From the NCBI GenBank assembly GCA_964653925.1, contig CAZZHP010000001.1:16992-80991 (forward strand): a stretch of 64,000 nucleotides of DNA, in the 5' to 3' direction. The stretch is from an uncultured Eubacteriales bacterium (lineage in GTDB: Bacteria > Bacillota > Clostridia > Oscillospirales > Acutalibacteraceae). The position numbers and the translations under genes were made by a program. How positions within the stretch are numbered: the stretch's first letter is position 1; each line of letters opens with the position of its first letter. Positions 18,813 through 28,500 of this stretch are shown in pieces. The notes under the pieces are model-generated. The model was given only the letters and a program-made list of their open reading frames with translations, had not been told where the DNA came from and made no database searches.

Positions 18813-18922
18813 AATACTCTCCTTAATGATATATGTTACTTAATATTAAAGCATATTATATATGAGTTTGTCAAATATAACTTTAATATATTCAATAAAA
18901 TTTTTAAAAATTCTTAAAATGC

Positions 18923-18951
18923 TTTACAATCTGGTAAATTTGATGTATAAT
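18923..18951 (+). promoter_or_regulatory. candidate sigma-A promoter for the pyrH operon (TTTACA-17-TATAAT)
   Basis: -35 at 18923-18928, -10 at 18946-18951, 38 nt upstream of the pyrH ATG. Confidence 0.4.
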
Positions 18952-18988
18952 ATTGACAAAATACTAATAAAATATGAGGTGTTAATTT

Positions 18989-19702
18989 ATGGAACCAAAA
19001 TATAAAAGAGTTCTCTTAAAATTATCCGGAGAATCTCTTGCGGGTAACGAAAAGCACGGAATAAATTTTGATATAGTCCGTTCATATTGTGAACCTATCA
19101 AGAAATGCGTTGATGCAGGAGTTGAAGTAGCTATCGTAGTTGGTGGCGGTAACTTTTGGCGTGGCCGCAGTAGTGGCAATATGGATAGAACAAGGGCAGA
19201 CCACATGGGAATGCTCGCAACTACAATTAACGCTCTCGGCGTAGCAGATGTACTTGAAGAATTAGGCTTAGATGTCAGAGTCCAAACAGCTATTTCTATG
19301 CCACAAGTTGCAGAGCCTTATATCCGCAATAAATCTGTTCGCCATTTAGAAAAGGGCAGAGTTGTTATATTTGGTTGTGGTACCGGTAACCCGTTTTTTA
19401 GCACTGACACAGCAGCAGCATTGAGGGCAGTAGAAATTGACGCTGATATAATTATGAAGGCAACGATGGTTGATGGCGTTTATGATAGCGACCCTAAAAA
19501 GAATGCTAACGCCGTTAAATACGATACAATAACATTTGCAGAAGTGTTAAGTCAAAACCTTGCTGTTATGGATAGTACAGCCGCTTCGCTTTGTAATGAT
19601 AACAAATTACCTATTCTTGTATTCAGTGTAGAAGACCCTATGAATATCTACAAAGCTGTTTTAGGCGAAAATATTGGTACACTTGTTGTAAGCGATAAAT
19701 AA
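18989..19702 (+). CDS. pyrH: UMP kinase
   Basis: [23 protein letters not shown] and synteny with frr. Confidence 0.95.
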   Translation: MEPKYKRVLLKLSGESLAGNEKHGINFDIVRSYCEPIKKCVDAGVEVAIVVGGGNFWRGRSSGNMDRTRADHMGMLATTINALGVADVLEELGLDVRVQTAISMPQVAEPYIRNKSVRHLEKGRVVIFGCGTGNPFFSTDTAAALRAVEIDADIIMKATMVDGVYDSDPKKNANAVKYDTITFAEVLSQNLAVMDSTAASLCNDNKLPILVFSVEDPMNIYKAVLGENIGTLVVSDK

Positions 19703-19726
19703 TTATACTTTTTTGGAGGCATAAAA

Positions 19727-20281
19727 ATGAAAGAATTACTCAAACAAACAGAAGAAAAAATGCAACGCAGAATGGAGCATTTAGAGAGCGAATATTCTGC
19801 TATCCGTGCCGGTAGAGCAAATCCTGCTGTTCTTGATAAAATTACTGTTGATTACTATGGTGCACCTACACCTATACCACAACTTTCGGCTGTATCTGTA
19901 TCCGATGCCCGTACTCTTACAATTCAACCTTGGGACACATCTGTACTCAGAGGTATCGAAAAAGCTATTCAAACATCAGATTTAGGTATTAATCCACAAA
20001 ATGATGGCAGAATTATAAGACTTGTATTCCCACCACTCACAGAGGATAGAAGAAAAGAAATAGTTAAAGATGTTATGAAACTTGCAGAAGATTGCAAAAT
20101 TCAAATGCGTAATGTTCGCCGTGAATCTATTGATAAACTCAAAGATATGAAGAAGAAATCTGAAATTACCGAAGATGACCAAAAAAATGGCGAGAAAAAA
20201 CTTCAAGACATAACTGATAAATACACAAAGATGGCAGATAGTGTAGCCGATAAAAAACAAAAGGAAGTTATGGCTATATAA
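19727..20281 (+). CDS. frr: ribosome recycling factor
   Basis: 184 aa with SAIRAGRANPAVLDKITVDYYG and LGINPQNDG. Confidence 0.95.
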   Translation: MKELLKQTEEKMQRRMEHLESEYSAIRAGRANPAVLDKITVDYYGAPTPIPQLSAVSVSDARTLTIQPWDTSVLRGIEKAIQTSDLGINPQNDGRIIRLVFPPLTEDRRKEIVKDVMKLAEDCKIQMRNVRRESIDKLKDMKKKSEITEDDQKNGEKKLQDITDKYTKMADSVADKKQKEVMAI

Positions 20282-20282
20282 T

Positions 20283-21029
20283 ATGGCAATATTTAAATCT
20301 AAGAAAAACACAGAACAAATCACTTTGCCAGAAAAGTTACCTACACATATAGGTATAATTATGGACGGTAACGGTAGATGGGCTAAAAAGAGAGGCTTGC
20401 CACGCAGCGTAGGTCATACAAATGGTGCTAATACATTTAGGACTATCACCCGTTATTGCAGTGATATAGGTATAAAATATCTTACAGTTTATGCTTTTTC
20501 TACTGAAAATTGGAAAAGACCTAACGATGAAGTATCAGCCTTGATGTCATTATTTAAATCATATTTACAAGAGGCACTTACAGACTTTAAAGATGATAGC
20601 ATTGTTGTTAGATTTATTGGTGATATATCAGCCTTTTCTACCGAACTTCAAGAACTCATCAAAGAAACAGAGGTTGAATCAGCTAATCGTAATGGTATGG
20701 TGCTGAATATCGCTATGAATTATGGCAGTAGGGAGGAGATCCTTCGTGCCGCCAAGATACTTGCGACTAAATACAAGGATAGTAATATTGATTTGAATAA
20801 TTTTAACGAGGAAGATTTTTCTGATTTATTATACACATCAGGACAGCCAGATCCAGATTTAATTATACGCCCGAGTGGTGAGTACCGTATATCAAATTTT
20901 CTTTTGTGGCAGTCTGCGTATACAGAGTTTGTTATTATGGATAAATTATGGCCCGATTTTTCTAAGGAAGATTTAAATGCTGCTATCGCAGAATTTTCTA
21001 ATCGTAACAGAAGATTCGGTGGGGTTTAA
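20283..21029 (+). CDS. uppS: isoprenyl transferase (undecaprenyl-diphosphate synthase)
   Basis: HIGIIMDGNGRWA, YAFSTENWKRP and RISNFLLWQSAYTEF. Confidence 0.95.
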   Translation: MAIFKSKKNTEQITLPEKLPTHIGIIMDGNGRWAKKRGLPRSVGHTNGANTFRTITRYCSDIGIKYLTVYAFSTENWKRPNDEVSALMSLFKSYLQEALTDFKDDSIVVRFIGDISAFSTELQELIKETEVESANRNGMVLNIAMNYGSREEILRAAKILATKYKDSNIDLNNFNEEDFSDLLYTSGQPDPDLIIRPSGEYRISNFLLWQSAYTEFVIMDKLWPDFSKEDLNAAIAEFSNRNRRFGGV

Positions 21030-21061
21030 GAAAATTTTATAGATAAAAGGAGATTTACAAG

Positions 21062-21889
21062 GTGAAACAAAGAGTCATATCGGCAATGATTGGCATAGTT
21101 ATATGTATAGCAGGATTTATCTTAGGTTCTGTTTATCCATCAGTACTTGCGGTTGTTGCAGGAATAATTGCAGTAATAATGGTTGGCGAATTTTTAACAG
21201 CTAAATCTTTATTGGGTGAGTTTAAAATATCTTTACCATCACTTTTGTTTGCATTTATAATGCCAATAATGTCAAATTCATCTTACATATTTCTCCCTGT
21301 ATATCTGTTTACCTTGATTTTATTTACTATAACAATATTTAATCATACAAAAATATCTATATCTAAACTAATGTTTGCCTATGGCGGAAGTTTACTTATT
21401 ACATTTGGTATGTCAAGTCTTACTTATTTGATATATGATAAATTCTTTTCGATATATTACCTTGTTTTAGCACTCGGTATACCTTGGTGTTCCGATGCCG
21501 GCGCATATTTTGTAGGCTGCAAAATTGGCAAGCACAAGTTATGCCCTGATATTAGTCCTAAAAAAACTATTGAGGGTGCTGTCGGTGGAATTATTTCCGG
21601 TATATTAGGCTCTGTAATTATTAGTCTTATTTTTCAATTCCTAATTTATAAAACACCTAATGTAAGTATAAATTACGGTGTAATTATTGCTATTGGTGTC
21701 GCAAATTCGATATTGTCAATATTAGGCGATTTGACATTTTCATTAATAAAGCGTAGTTGTAAAATTAAAGATTTTGGTAACATAATGCCAGGACACGGTG
21801 GTTTATGCGATAGGTTTGACTCTGTAATATTTACTGTTCCGCTAATTATGTTTGCTGCAAATGCCAACTTGCTAATTAAATTTATTTAA
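21062..21889 (+). CDS. cdsA: phosphatidate cytidylyltransferase
   Basis: Polytopic membrane protein with SDAGAYFVG.KIGKHKL...SPKKTIEG and GHGG..DRFDS. GTG start 9 nt after AAGGAG. Confidence 0.85.
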   Translation: MKQRVISAMIGIVICIAGFILGSVYPSVLAVVAGIIAVIMVGEFLTAKSLLGEFKISLPSLLFAFIMPIMSNSSYIFLPVYLFTLILFTITIFNHTKISISKLMFAYGGSLLITFGMSSLTYLIYDKFFSIYYLVLALGIPWCSDAGAYFVGCKIGKHKLCPDISPKKTIEGAVGGIISGILGSVIISLIFQFLIYKTPNVSINYGVIIAIGVANSILSILGDLTFSLIKRSCKIKDFGNIMPGHGGLCDRFDSVIFTVPLIMFAANANLLIKFI

Positions 21890-21938
21890 TTTATCTTTGT
21901 AAAATTGTTAAGGTATAATTTGAAGGGAATTGCAAAAA

Positions 21939-23087
21939 ATGATTTCATCTGTATCTATACTTGGTTCAACCGGTTCTATAGGTTTACAAGCACTTGATGT
22001 TGCACGCAATTTAAACTTAAATGTAACTGCAATAGCAGCACACAGCAACATAGACTTGCTCGAAAATCAAATCAGAGAATTTTCACCTAAAATTGCTACT
22101 GTTTTTGATTACGAAAAAGCAAAGGAATTAAAAATTAGAGTTGCCGATACCGATACTAAGGTTTTGTCTGGAATGGACGGATTGCTTGAAATAGCAACCG
22201 AAAAAGATGCTGATATACTTTTAAATTCAGTAGTTGGAATGATAGGTTTAGAGCCAACCCTCTTGGCTGCAAAGTCTAAGAAGAATATTGCACTTGCCAA
22301 CAAAGAAACATTGGTTGCAGGCGGTCAACTTGTAATGCAGACAGTACAGGAGAATGGGGTTAAACTTTATCCGGTTGACAGCGAACATAGTGCTATATTC
22401 CAGTGTTTACAGGCTTCTCCAAGCGATAAAGCAATAAAAAAGTTAATATTAACTGCATCTGGTGGTCCTTTCTTTGGAAAAACAGCAGAGGAACTTAAAA
22501 GTGTAACTGCAAAACAGGCACTTGCACACCCAACTTGGAATATGGGTGCTAAAATAACTATTGATTCAGCCACCATGATGAACAAGGGACTTGAAGTAAT
22601 AGAGGCATCTTGGTTATTTAATATGACTTATGATAAAATAGATGTAGTCATTCACAGGGAAAGCATAATACATTCACTCATTGAATTTACAGATAATGCT
22701 GTACTTGCACAACTTGGTACTCCTGATATGCGTATTCCAATACAATATGCTTTGACTTACCCTGATAGATTGCCGTCACCGGCGGGTGAACTTAACTTAG
22801 CACAAATAGGCAATCTATCATTTTATGAGCCTGATTATGAGGCCTTTCCGTGTTTAAAAACTTGTATAAACTCTATAAAGCGTGGTGGTTTAGCACCAGC
22901 TGCCGCTAATGGTGCTAACGAAGTTGCAAATGAACTATTCCGCAAAGGTAAGATTACCTTTACACAAATAGGCGAAATAGTCAATAGTGCTATGTTAAAT
23001 CAACCTAACATAGACAATTACACACTTGAAGATGTATTAAATGCAGATAAAATTGCAAGGGAATATGTTTATAATCTAATAAAATAA
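21939..23087 (+). CDS. dxr: 1-deoxy-D-xylulose 5-phosphate reductoisomerase
   Basis: ILGSTGSIG, LANKE, PVDSEHSAIFQ and NKGLE. ATG 21939 is 10 nt after GAAGGGA. TTG 21930 is too close to the SD. Confidence 0.95.
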   Translation: MISSVSILGSTGSIGLQALDVARNLNLNVTAIAAHSNIDLLENQIREFSPKIATVFDYEKAKELKIRVADTDTKVLSGMDGLLEIATEKDADILLNSVVGMIGLEPTLLAAKSKKNIALANKETLVAGGQLVMQTVQENGVKLYPVDSEHSAIFQCLQASPSDKAIKKLILTASGGPFFGKTAEELKSVTAKQALAHPTWNMGAKITIDSATMMNKGLEVIEASWLFNMTYDKIDVVIHRESIIHSLIEFTDNAVLAQLGTPDMRIPIQYALTYPDRLPSPAGELNLAQIGNLSFYEPDYEAFPCLKTCINSIKRGGLAPAAANGANEVANELFRKGKITFTQIGEIVNSAMLNQPNIDNYTLEDVLNADKIAREYVYNLIK

Positions 23088-23089
23088 AT

Positions 23090-24460
23090 TTGGAGATGGT
23101 TATTATCATACAATCAATATTACTTATAATTATAGGTATTTTACTATTTGCCTTGATAATTTTTATACATGAGTTCGGGCATTTTATAACTGCTAAAAAA
23201 AGCGGTGTAAAGGTGAACGAGTTTGCTATTGGTATGGGTCCTAAAATCTTTGGTTTTGTCAAAGGCGAAACTAAATATACATTACGACTGCTTCCTATTG
23301 GCGGATATTGTGCGATGGAAGGCGAAGATTGTGAAAGTAACGATCCAAATGCCTTCTATAATGTTAAGGTTTGGAAGCGAATGATAATAGTAATTGCCGG
23401 TGCAATTATGAACATATTACTCGGTTTTGTACTAATGCTTATTGTATTAGTGCAAGAACCGTACTTTTCATCAACAACAATAGCAAGTTTCCCAGAATTA
23501 TCTTTTTCTGCTAACTGTGGCTTACAAGTAAATGATAAAATTTTAAAAATAAATGACACTTCAATAGTTTCTGCAAGGGACATTTCTTATGCTATACAAA
23601 CATCAGAACTAAAAACAGTTGATGGAACGACTTTGCAGATATATAAAGAAGATTGTTCGGTAGAACTATATAAAACATTTGCTACAAATGTTAATGATAA
23701 ATACGAAAAATATTCTGATATTCCATCAGAAATTACTGATACATTAAATAATTACATCTCAAAAATAAACACTTCTACAACAAAAGATGAGGCAAAAATC
23801 TATTATAATCAAGGTTGTATTGAGATAGCTAAGTTGTTAGGTAATACTACTGTAGATATTGCCGGTATAGAAACACGGGTGGAACGACAACGCTATAACG
23901 CTGATTTAATTGTACTTCGAGATGGTGAAAAAGTAGAGTTAAAAAATGTGGACTTTTATACCTATTATGCCGGTGATGAAAATATAAGTGTCGCTATAGA
24001 CTTTTATGTTTCCCCAATAGAAAAGACACCGATAACGGTTATTACACAAACATTTAAGGAAACCATATCAACTGTAAAGACCATATGGTCAAGTTTGATT
24101 GGTATGTTGCAGGGCAAGTTTGGTTTGAATGATATTTCCGGTCCGATTGGTGCAACATCTGCCATAGTTCAGGCAACCTCACAGGGACTTGAAAATAGTT
24201 TTATAGATGGACTAAATAATCTAATATTTATGATGATGGTTATAACTGTAAACTTAGGTATAGTTAATATGTTGCCGTTTCCGGCACTTGATGGTGGTAG
24301 ATTTGTATTATTATTAATTGAGGCAATATTTAAAAAATCATTACCACAAAAATACGAAGGCTATATAAATGCGGCTGGTTTAATAATATTATTATCGTTT
24401 ATGGTGTTCATCTCATTTAAAGATGTGTTTAAAATAATAGGAGGAAGTAATGGCTTCTAA
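23090..24460 (+). CDS. rseP: RIP metalloprotease RseP/RasP family (M50 site-2 protease)
   Basis: HEFGHF zinc motif, a central PDZ-like region and C-terminal NLLPFPALDGG. Start ambiguous (TTG 23090 or ATG 23096). Confidence 0.85.
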   Translation: MEMVIIIQSILLIIIGILLFALIIFIHEFGHFITAKKSGVKVNEFAIGMGPKIFGFVKGETKYTLRLLPIGGYCAMEGEDCESNDPNAFYNVKVWKRMIIVIAGAIMNILLGFVLMLIVLVQEPYFSSTTIASFPELSFSANCGLQVNDKILKINDTSIVSARDISYAIQTSELKTVDGTTLQIYKEDCSVELYKTFATNVNDKYEKYSDIPSEITDTLNNYISKINTSTTKDEAKIYYNQGCIEIAKLLGNTTVDIAGIETRVERQRYNADLIVLRDGEKVELKNVDFYTYYAGDENISVAIDFYVSPIEKTPITVITQTFKETISTVKTIWSSLIGMLQGKFGLNDISGPIGATSAIVQATSQGLENSFIDGLNNLIFMMMVITVNLGIVNMLPFPALDGGRFVLLLIEAIFKKSLPQKYEGYINAAGLIILLSFMVFISFKDVFKIIGGSNGF

Positions 24461-25493
24461 AATACAAGTTAAGGTGGGTAATGTTTTAGTAGGTGGTGGT
24501 GCTGATGTATCCATTCAATCTATGCTTAATGTCCCTGCCAACGATATAAAGAATAGTGTCCTACAAGCACAGAGGCTTGAAATGGCAGGTTGTGATATTA
24601 TTCGTGCTGCAGTTCCAAATATGGAGGCCGTAAGACTTATATCTGCTTTAAAGGAAAATATAAATATACCGGTTGTAGCTGATATACACTTTGATTATAG
24701 GCTTGCTATCGAGTCTGTATATGCCGGTGTTGATAAAATCCGTATTAACCCTGGCAATATAGGTGATGATAGCAGGGTAAAATCTGTTGCCGATACATGT
24801 AAGCAACACAATGTACCGATTAGAATAGGTGTAAATTCAGGCTCTCTTGAAAAACATATACTTGCTAAATACGGGCACCCTGTACCGCAAGCATTATGTG
24901 ATAGTGCCTTATACCACGCATCTTTGCTTGAAAAATTTGATTTTAATGATATAGTTTTATCTATGAAGTCATCTGATGTTGCAACTATGGTTAGAGCCTA
25001 TGAACTTGCTAATGAACAATGTGATTACCCTCTGCATATAGGAGTAACTGAGGCAGGCACAAAGCGTATGGGTATTATAAAATCTTCTGCGGGTATAGGT
25101 TCACTTTTGTTAAAAGGCATAGGTGATACAGTTAGAGTTTCTCTAACTGCTGATCCGGTCGAAGAAATATATGCCGCAAAAGATATATTAAGGGCGTTAA
25201 ATATTCGCAAAGATGGAATTACATTTATTTCTTGCCCAACTTGTGGAAGAACGAAAATAAACCTTGTAGAATTAGCCGAAAAAGCCGAAGAAAGACTCGC
25301 TAAATGCAACAAGAATATTAAGGTTGCAATTATGGGTTGTGTTGTTAATGGTCCAGGCGAAGCACGAGAGGCAGATATAGGTGTCGCAGGTGGCAACGGT
25401 GAAGGCCTTATATTCAAAAAAGGTGAAATTTTATATAAAGTACCAGAGGATAAATTACTGGATAAACTCATAGAAGAGATAGATAAACTTTAA
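24450..25493 (+). CDS. ispG: 4-hydroxy-3-methylbut-2-en-1-yl diphosphate synthase
   Basis: IQSMLN, DKIRINPGNIG, CPTCGR and GCVVNGPGEA. Overlaps the rseP end by 11 nt. Confidence 0.95.
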   Translation: MASKIQVKVGNVLVGGGADVSIQSMLNVPANDIKNSVLQAQRLEMAGCDIIRAAVPNMEAVRLISALKENINIPVVADIHFDYRLAIESVYAGVDKIRINPGNIGDDSRVKSVADTCKQHNVPIRIGVNSGSLEKHILAKYGHPVPQALCDSALYHASLLEKFDFNDIVLSMKSSDVATMVRAYELANEQCDYPLHIGVTEAGTKRMGIIKSSAGIGSLLLKGIGDTVRVSLTADPVEEIYAAKDILRALNIRKDGITFISCPTCGRTKINLVELAEKAEERLAKCNKNIKVAIMGCVVNGPGEAREADIGVAGGNGEGLIFKKGEILYKVPEDKLLDKLIEEIDKL

Positions 25494-25537
25494 TACATAT
25501 TTAAAGCATAAACTAAGTAATACGGAAAGGAATTATT

Positions 25538-28500
25538 ATGTGTACACTTTACGAAACATTTGCAAAATATCTAAATAATAGTGATGCACTTGATAATATT
25601 GTAGGCAAGGGTCAAGTTTTGGATATTACCCTTAACCGCCAAACCCGTTTACTTTACATAACAGTCAAATTTAATGATTTAATAAACAGGGATAAACTCT
25701 TTAATATTGAACAAGTTTTAGTTGATTCGACTCTCGGACTTACAAAAGTAGTAATAATGCCAAAGTTCCCGAGTGACAAATTCGATGTAAGTTATATAAG
25801 CGAAATTATCTTAGAGTTAAAAAGGCGAATAGCAACATTAAACGGCACTCTTAAAAATGCGGAGTTTACCATAAATAATAACACATTAACTATAACACTT
25901 GCTAACGGTGGCAAAGCGTTACTTGATGCCAAAAAATTTGATGAAGCATTAAAACAAATAATTCAAGAGGAATTTTCGTTAGATTTTAATATTAGATATG
26001 ATGGCTTGACTGAAATTGCAGATGACATCAATATATACCAAGAGAAGAAAAAGAATGCAGAACAAAAAATAATCAGGGAACATAATATTGCTGTTACATC
26101 AGAAAATAATTATGATTTTGCCGATTCTTATAAAAGAAAATCACAGGAAAATTTAACAAAACCTACAACGGAAGAAATTGAAATAAGAACACAAGATAGT
26201 TTATTACCTCAAGTTTTGTTATCCACAGCAAAGCAACTCTATGGCAAAGCAATTAAAGGTAAGCCTATTGATATTAATACTTTGTCAGTAGACACAGGCA
26301 GATCAATAATATGGGGCGATGTATTTGATATTGAACGAAAAGTTACCAGATCAGGTGAAAAAAATATAATAACCATCAATATAACTGACTATACAAATTC
26401 TATCACAGTAAAGGTTTTTAATTCTATTAAGGAATGTTCCGTACTTGATAGCATAAAAGTTGGCTCTACAATACTCGTTAGCGGAGAAACCGCTATTGAT
26501 AAGTATATGGGTGGGGAACTTATATTTAATGCAAATTCAATATCTGTTGCTAATAAAGTTAAGGTTGTCGATAATGCAGAGAAAAAGCGTGTGGAATTAC
26601 ACTTACATACAAATATGTCTATGATGGACGGAGTTTCACAGACATCTGCACTTATTAAACGAGCAAATGACTGGGGACACAAGGCAATTGCTATTACTGA
26701 CCACGGTGTTGCACAAGCATTCCCAGATGCGATGAATACTATCGAGGGTTTAACTAAGAACGGCTCCGAAATGAAGGTTATCTATGGTATAGAGGCTTAT
26801 TTTGTTGATGATTTAGTAGAATCTGTCAAAGGTACATCAACAGAGAATTTAGGTGGTACTTTTGTTTGCTTTGATATTGAAACAACAGGACTATCTGCAA
26901 AAAAAGATAAGATTACAGAAATAGCAGGTGTAAAGATAACCAATGGTGAGGTTGTCGATACATTTACGACCTTTGTAAATCCTCTTATGCCTATACCGGC
27001 AAAAATTATCAGTATAACAGGTATAACTGATGATATGGTAAAAGATGCTCCATCACAGGTTGATGCAGTCAAGGCATTTCTTAAGTTTTGCGATAATGCT
27101 CCTGTCGTAGCACATAATGCACAGTTTGATATATCGTTTATAAAGGCTGTTTGCTACGAAAATAATATTGAATTTAACCTTACATATATAGATACGCTTA
27201 ATATTTCCAAGGAAATATTAAAGGACTTGTCCAAACATTCGCTTGATGCTATAGCAAAATATTTGCGTTTTGAAAATTTTAATCATCACAGGGCATTAGA
27301 TGATGCAACAATGCTGTCTAAGATTTTTATAGATTTTTGCTGTAGATTAAAAGATGATTATGATATAACTTCAATAAACGAAATCAACACAAAAATTAAA
27401 GGTGGCAATTATAAGAAATTACCATCATATCACCAAATAATTTTAGTAAAAAATCAGGTTGGACTCAAAAATTTATACAAATTAATCTCTTTGAGTCACT
27501 TAAATTACTTTTATAAAAAACCAAGAATATTAAAGTCTGAACTTGTTAAATACCGTGATGGACTAATAATAGGTTCTGCTTGCGAGGCTGGACAAGTTTT
27601 TAGGGCTTTGATAGCAGGTAAAAGCGATAGCGAGATAAAGGAAATAGCACAGTTCTATGATTATCTTGAAATACAACCTATTGGTAATAATAGATTTATG
27701 CTTAATAATCCTAAAGTTGCTAATGGTGCCTATAAAAACGAAGATGATTTAAGAGCCCTTAACCAAAAAATTGTTAAACTCGGCAAAGATTTAAACAAGC
27801 CTGTCGTTGCTACCTGTGATGTTCATTTCCTTGACCCTCACGATAGTGACTATCGTAAAATTCTTATGGCTGGGCAGGGGTACAGCGATGCAGATAATCA
27901 AGCCCCTTTATATTTACGCACAACAGCAGAAATGTTGAAGGAGTTCGAGTATTTAGGCGAAAAAGTTGCCTATGATGTAGTTGTAGAAAACACCAACAAA
28001 ATAGCCGATATAATTGAAAATATACGGCCAATTCCAAAGGGCAATTACCCTCCGTTTATTGACGGTGCAGAGGAACAACTTATATCTATTACAACGGAAA
28101 GGACCAAGGCAAAGTACGGTGACCCATTACCGAAATATGTCCAAGAAAGATTAGATAAAGAGTTAAATTCTATAACTACCTATGGATATTCTGTACTATA
28201 TATGACGGCTCAAAAATTAGTTGCCGACAGTGAGGCACATGGTTATTTGGTTGGTTCAAGGGGTAGTGTAGGTTCATCTTTTGTGGCTACTATGTCGGGT
28301 ATATCAGAGGTTAACCCTCTCTGCCCACATTATGTCTGCTCACAATGTAAGTACAGCGAATTTATCGAGGACGGCTCTGTTGGTTCTGGCTTTGATTTGC
28401 CACCAAAGAAATGCCCTAATTGTGGCACAGACTTAGATAGAGATGGACACGAGATACCGTTTGAAACATTTTTAGGCTTTAAAGGTGACAAAGTCCCTGA

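Noticed and set aside
23090-24460. An apparent insertion in the PDZ region of RseP (456 aa).
   Set aside because: The length is within the range of RasP/RseP homologues with one or two PDZ domains. Without an alignment I cannot claim an insertion.
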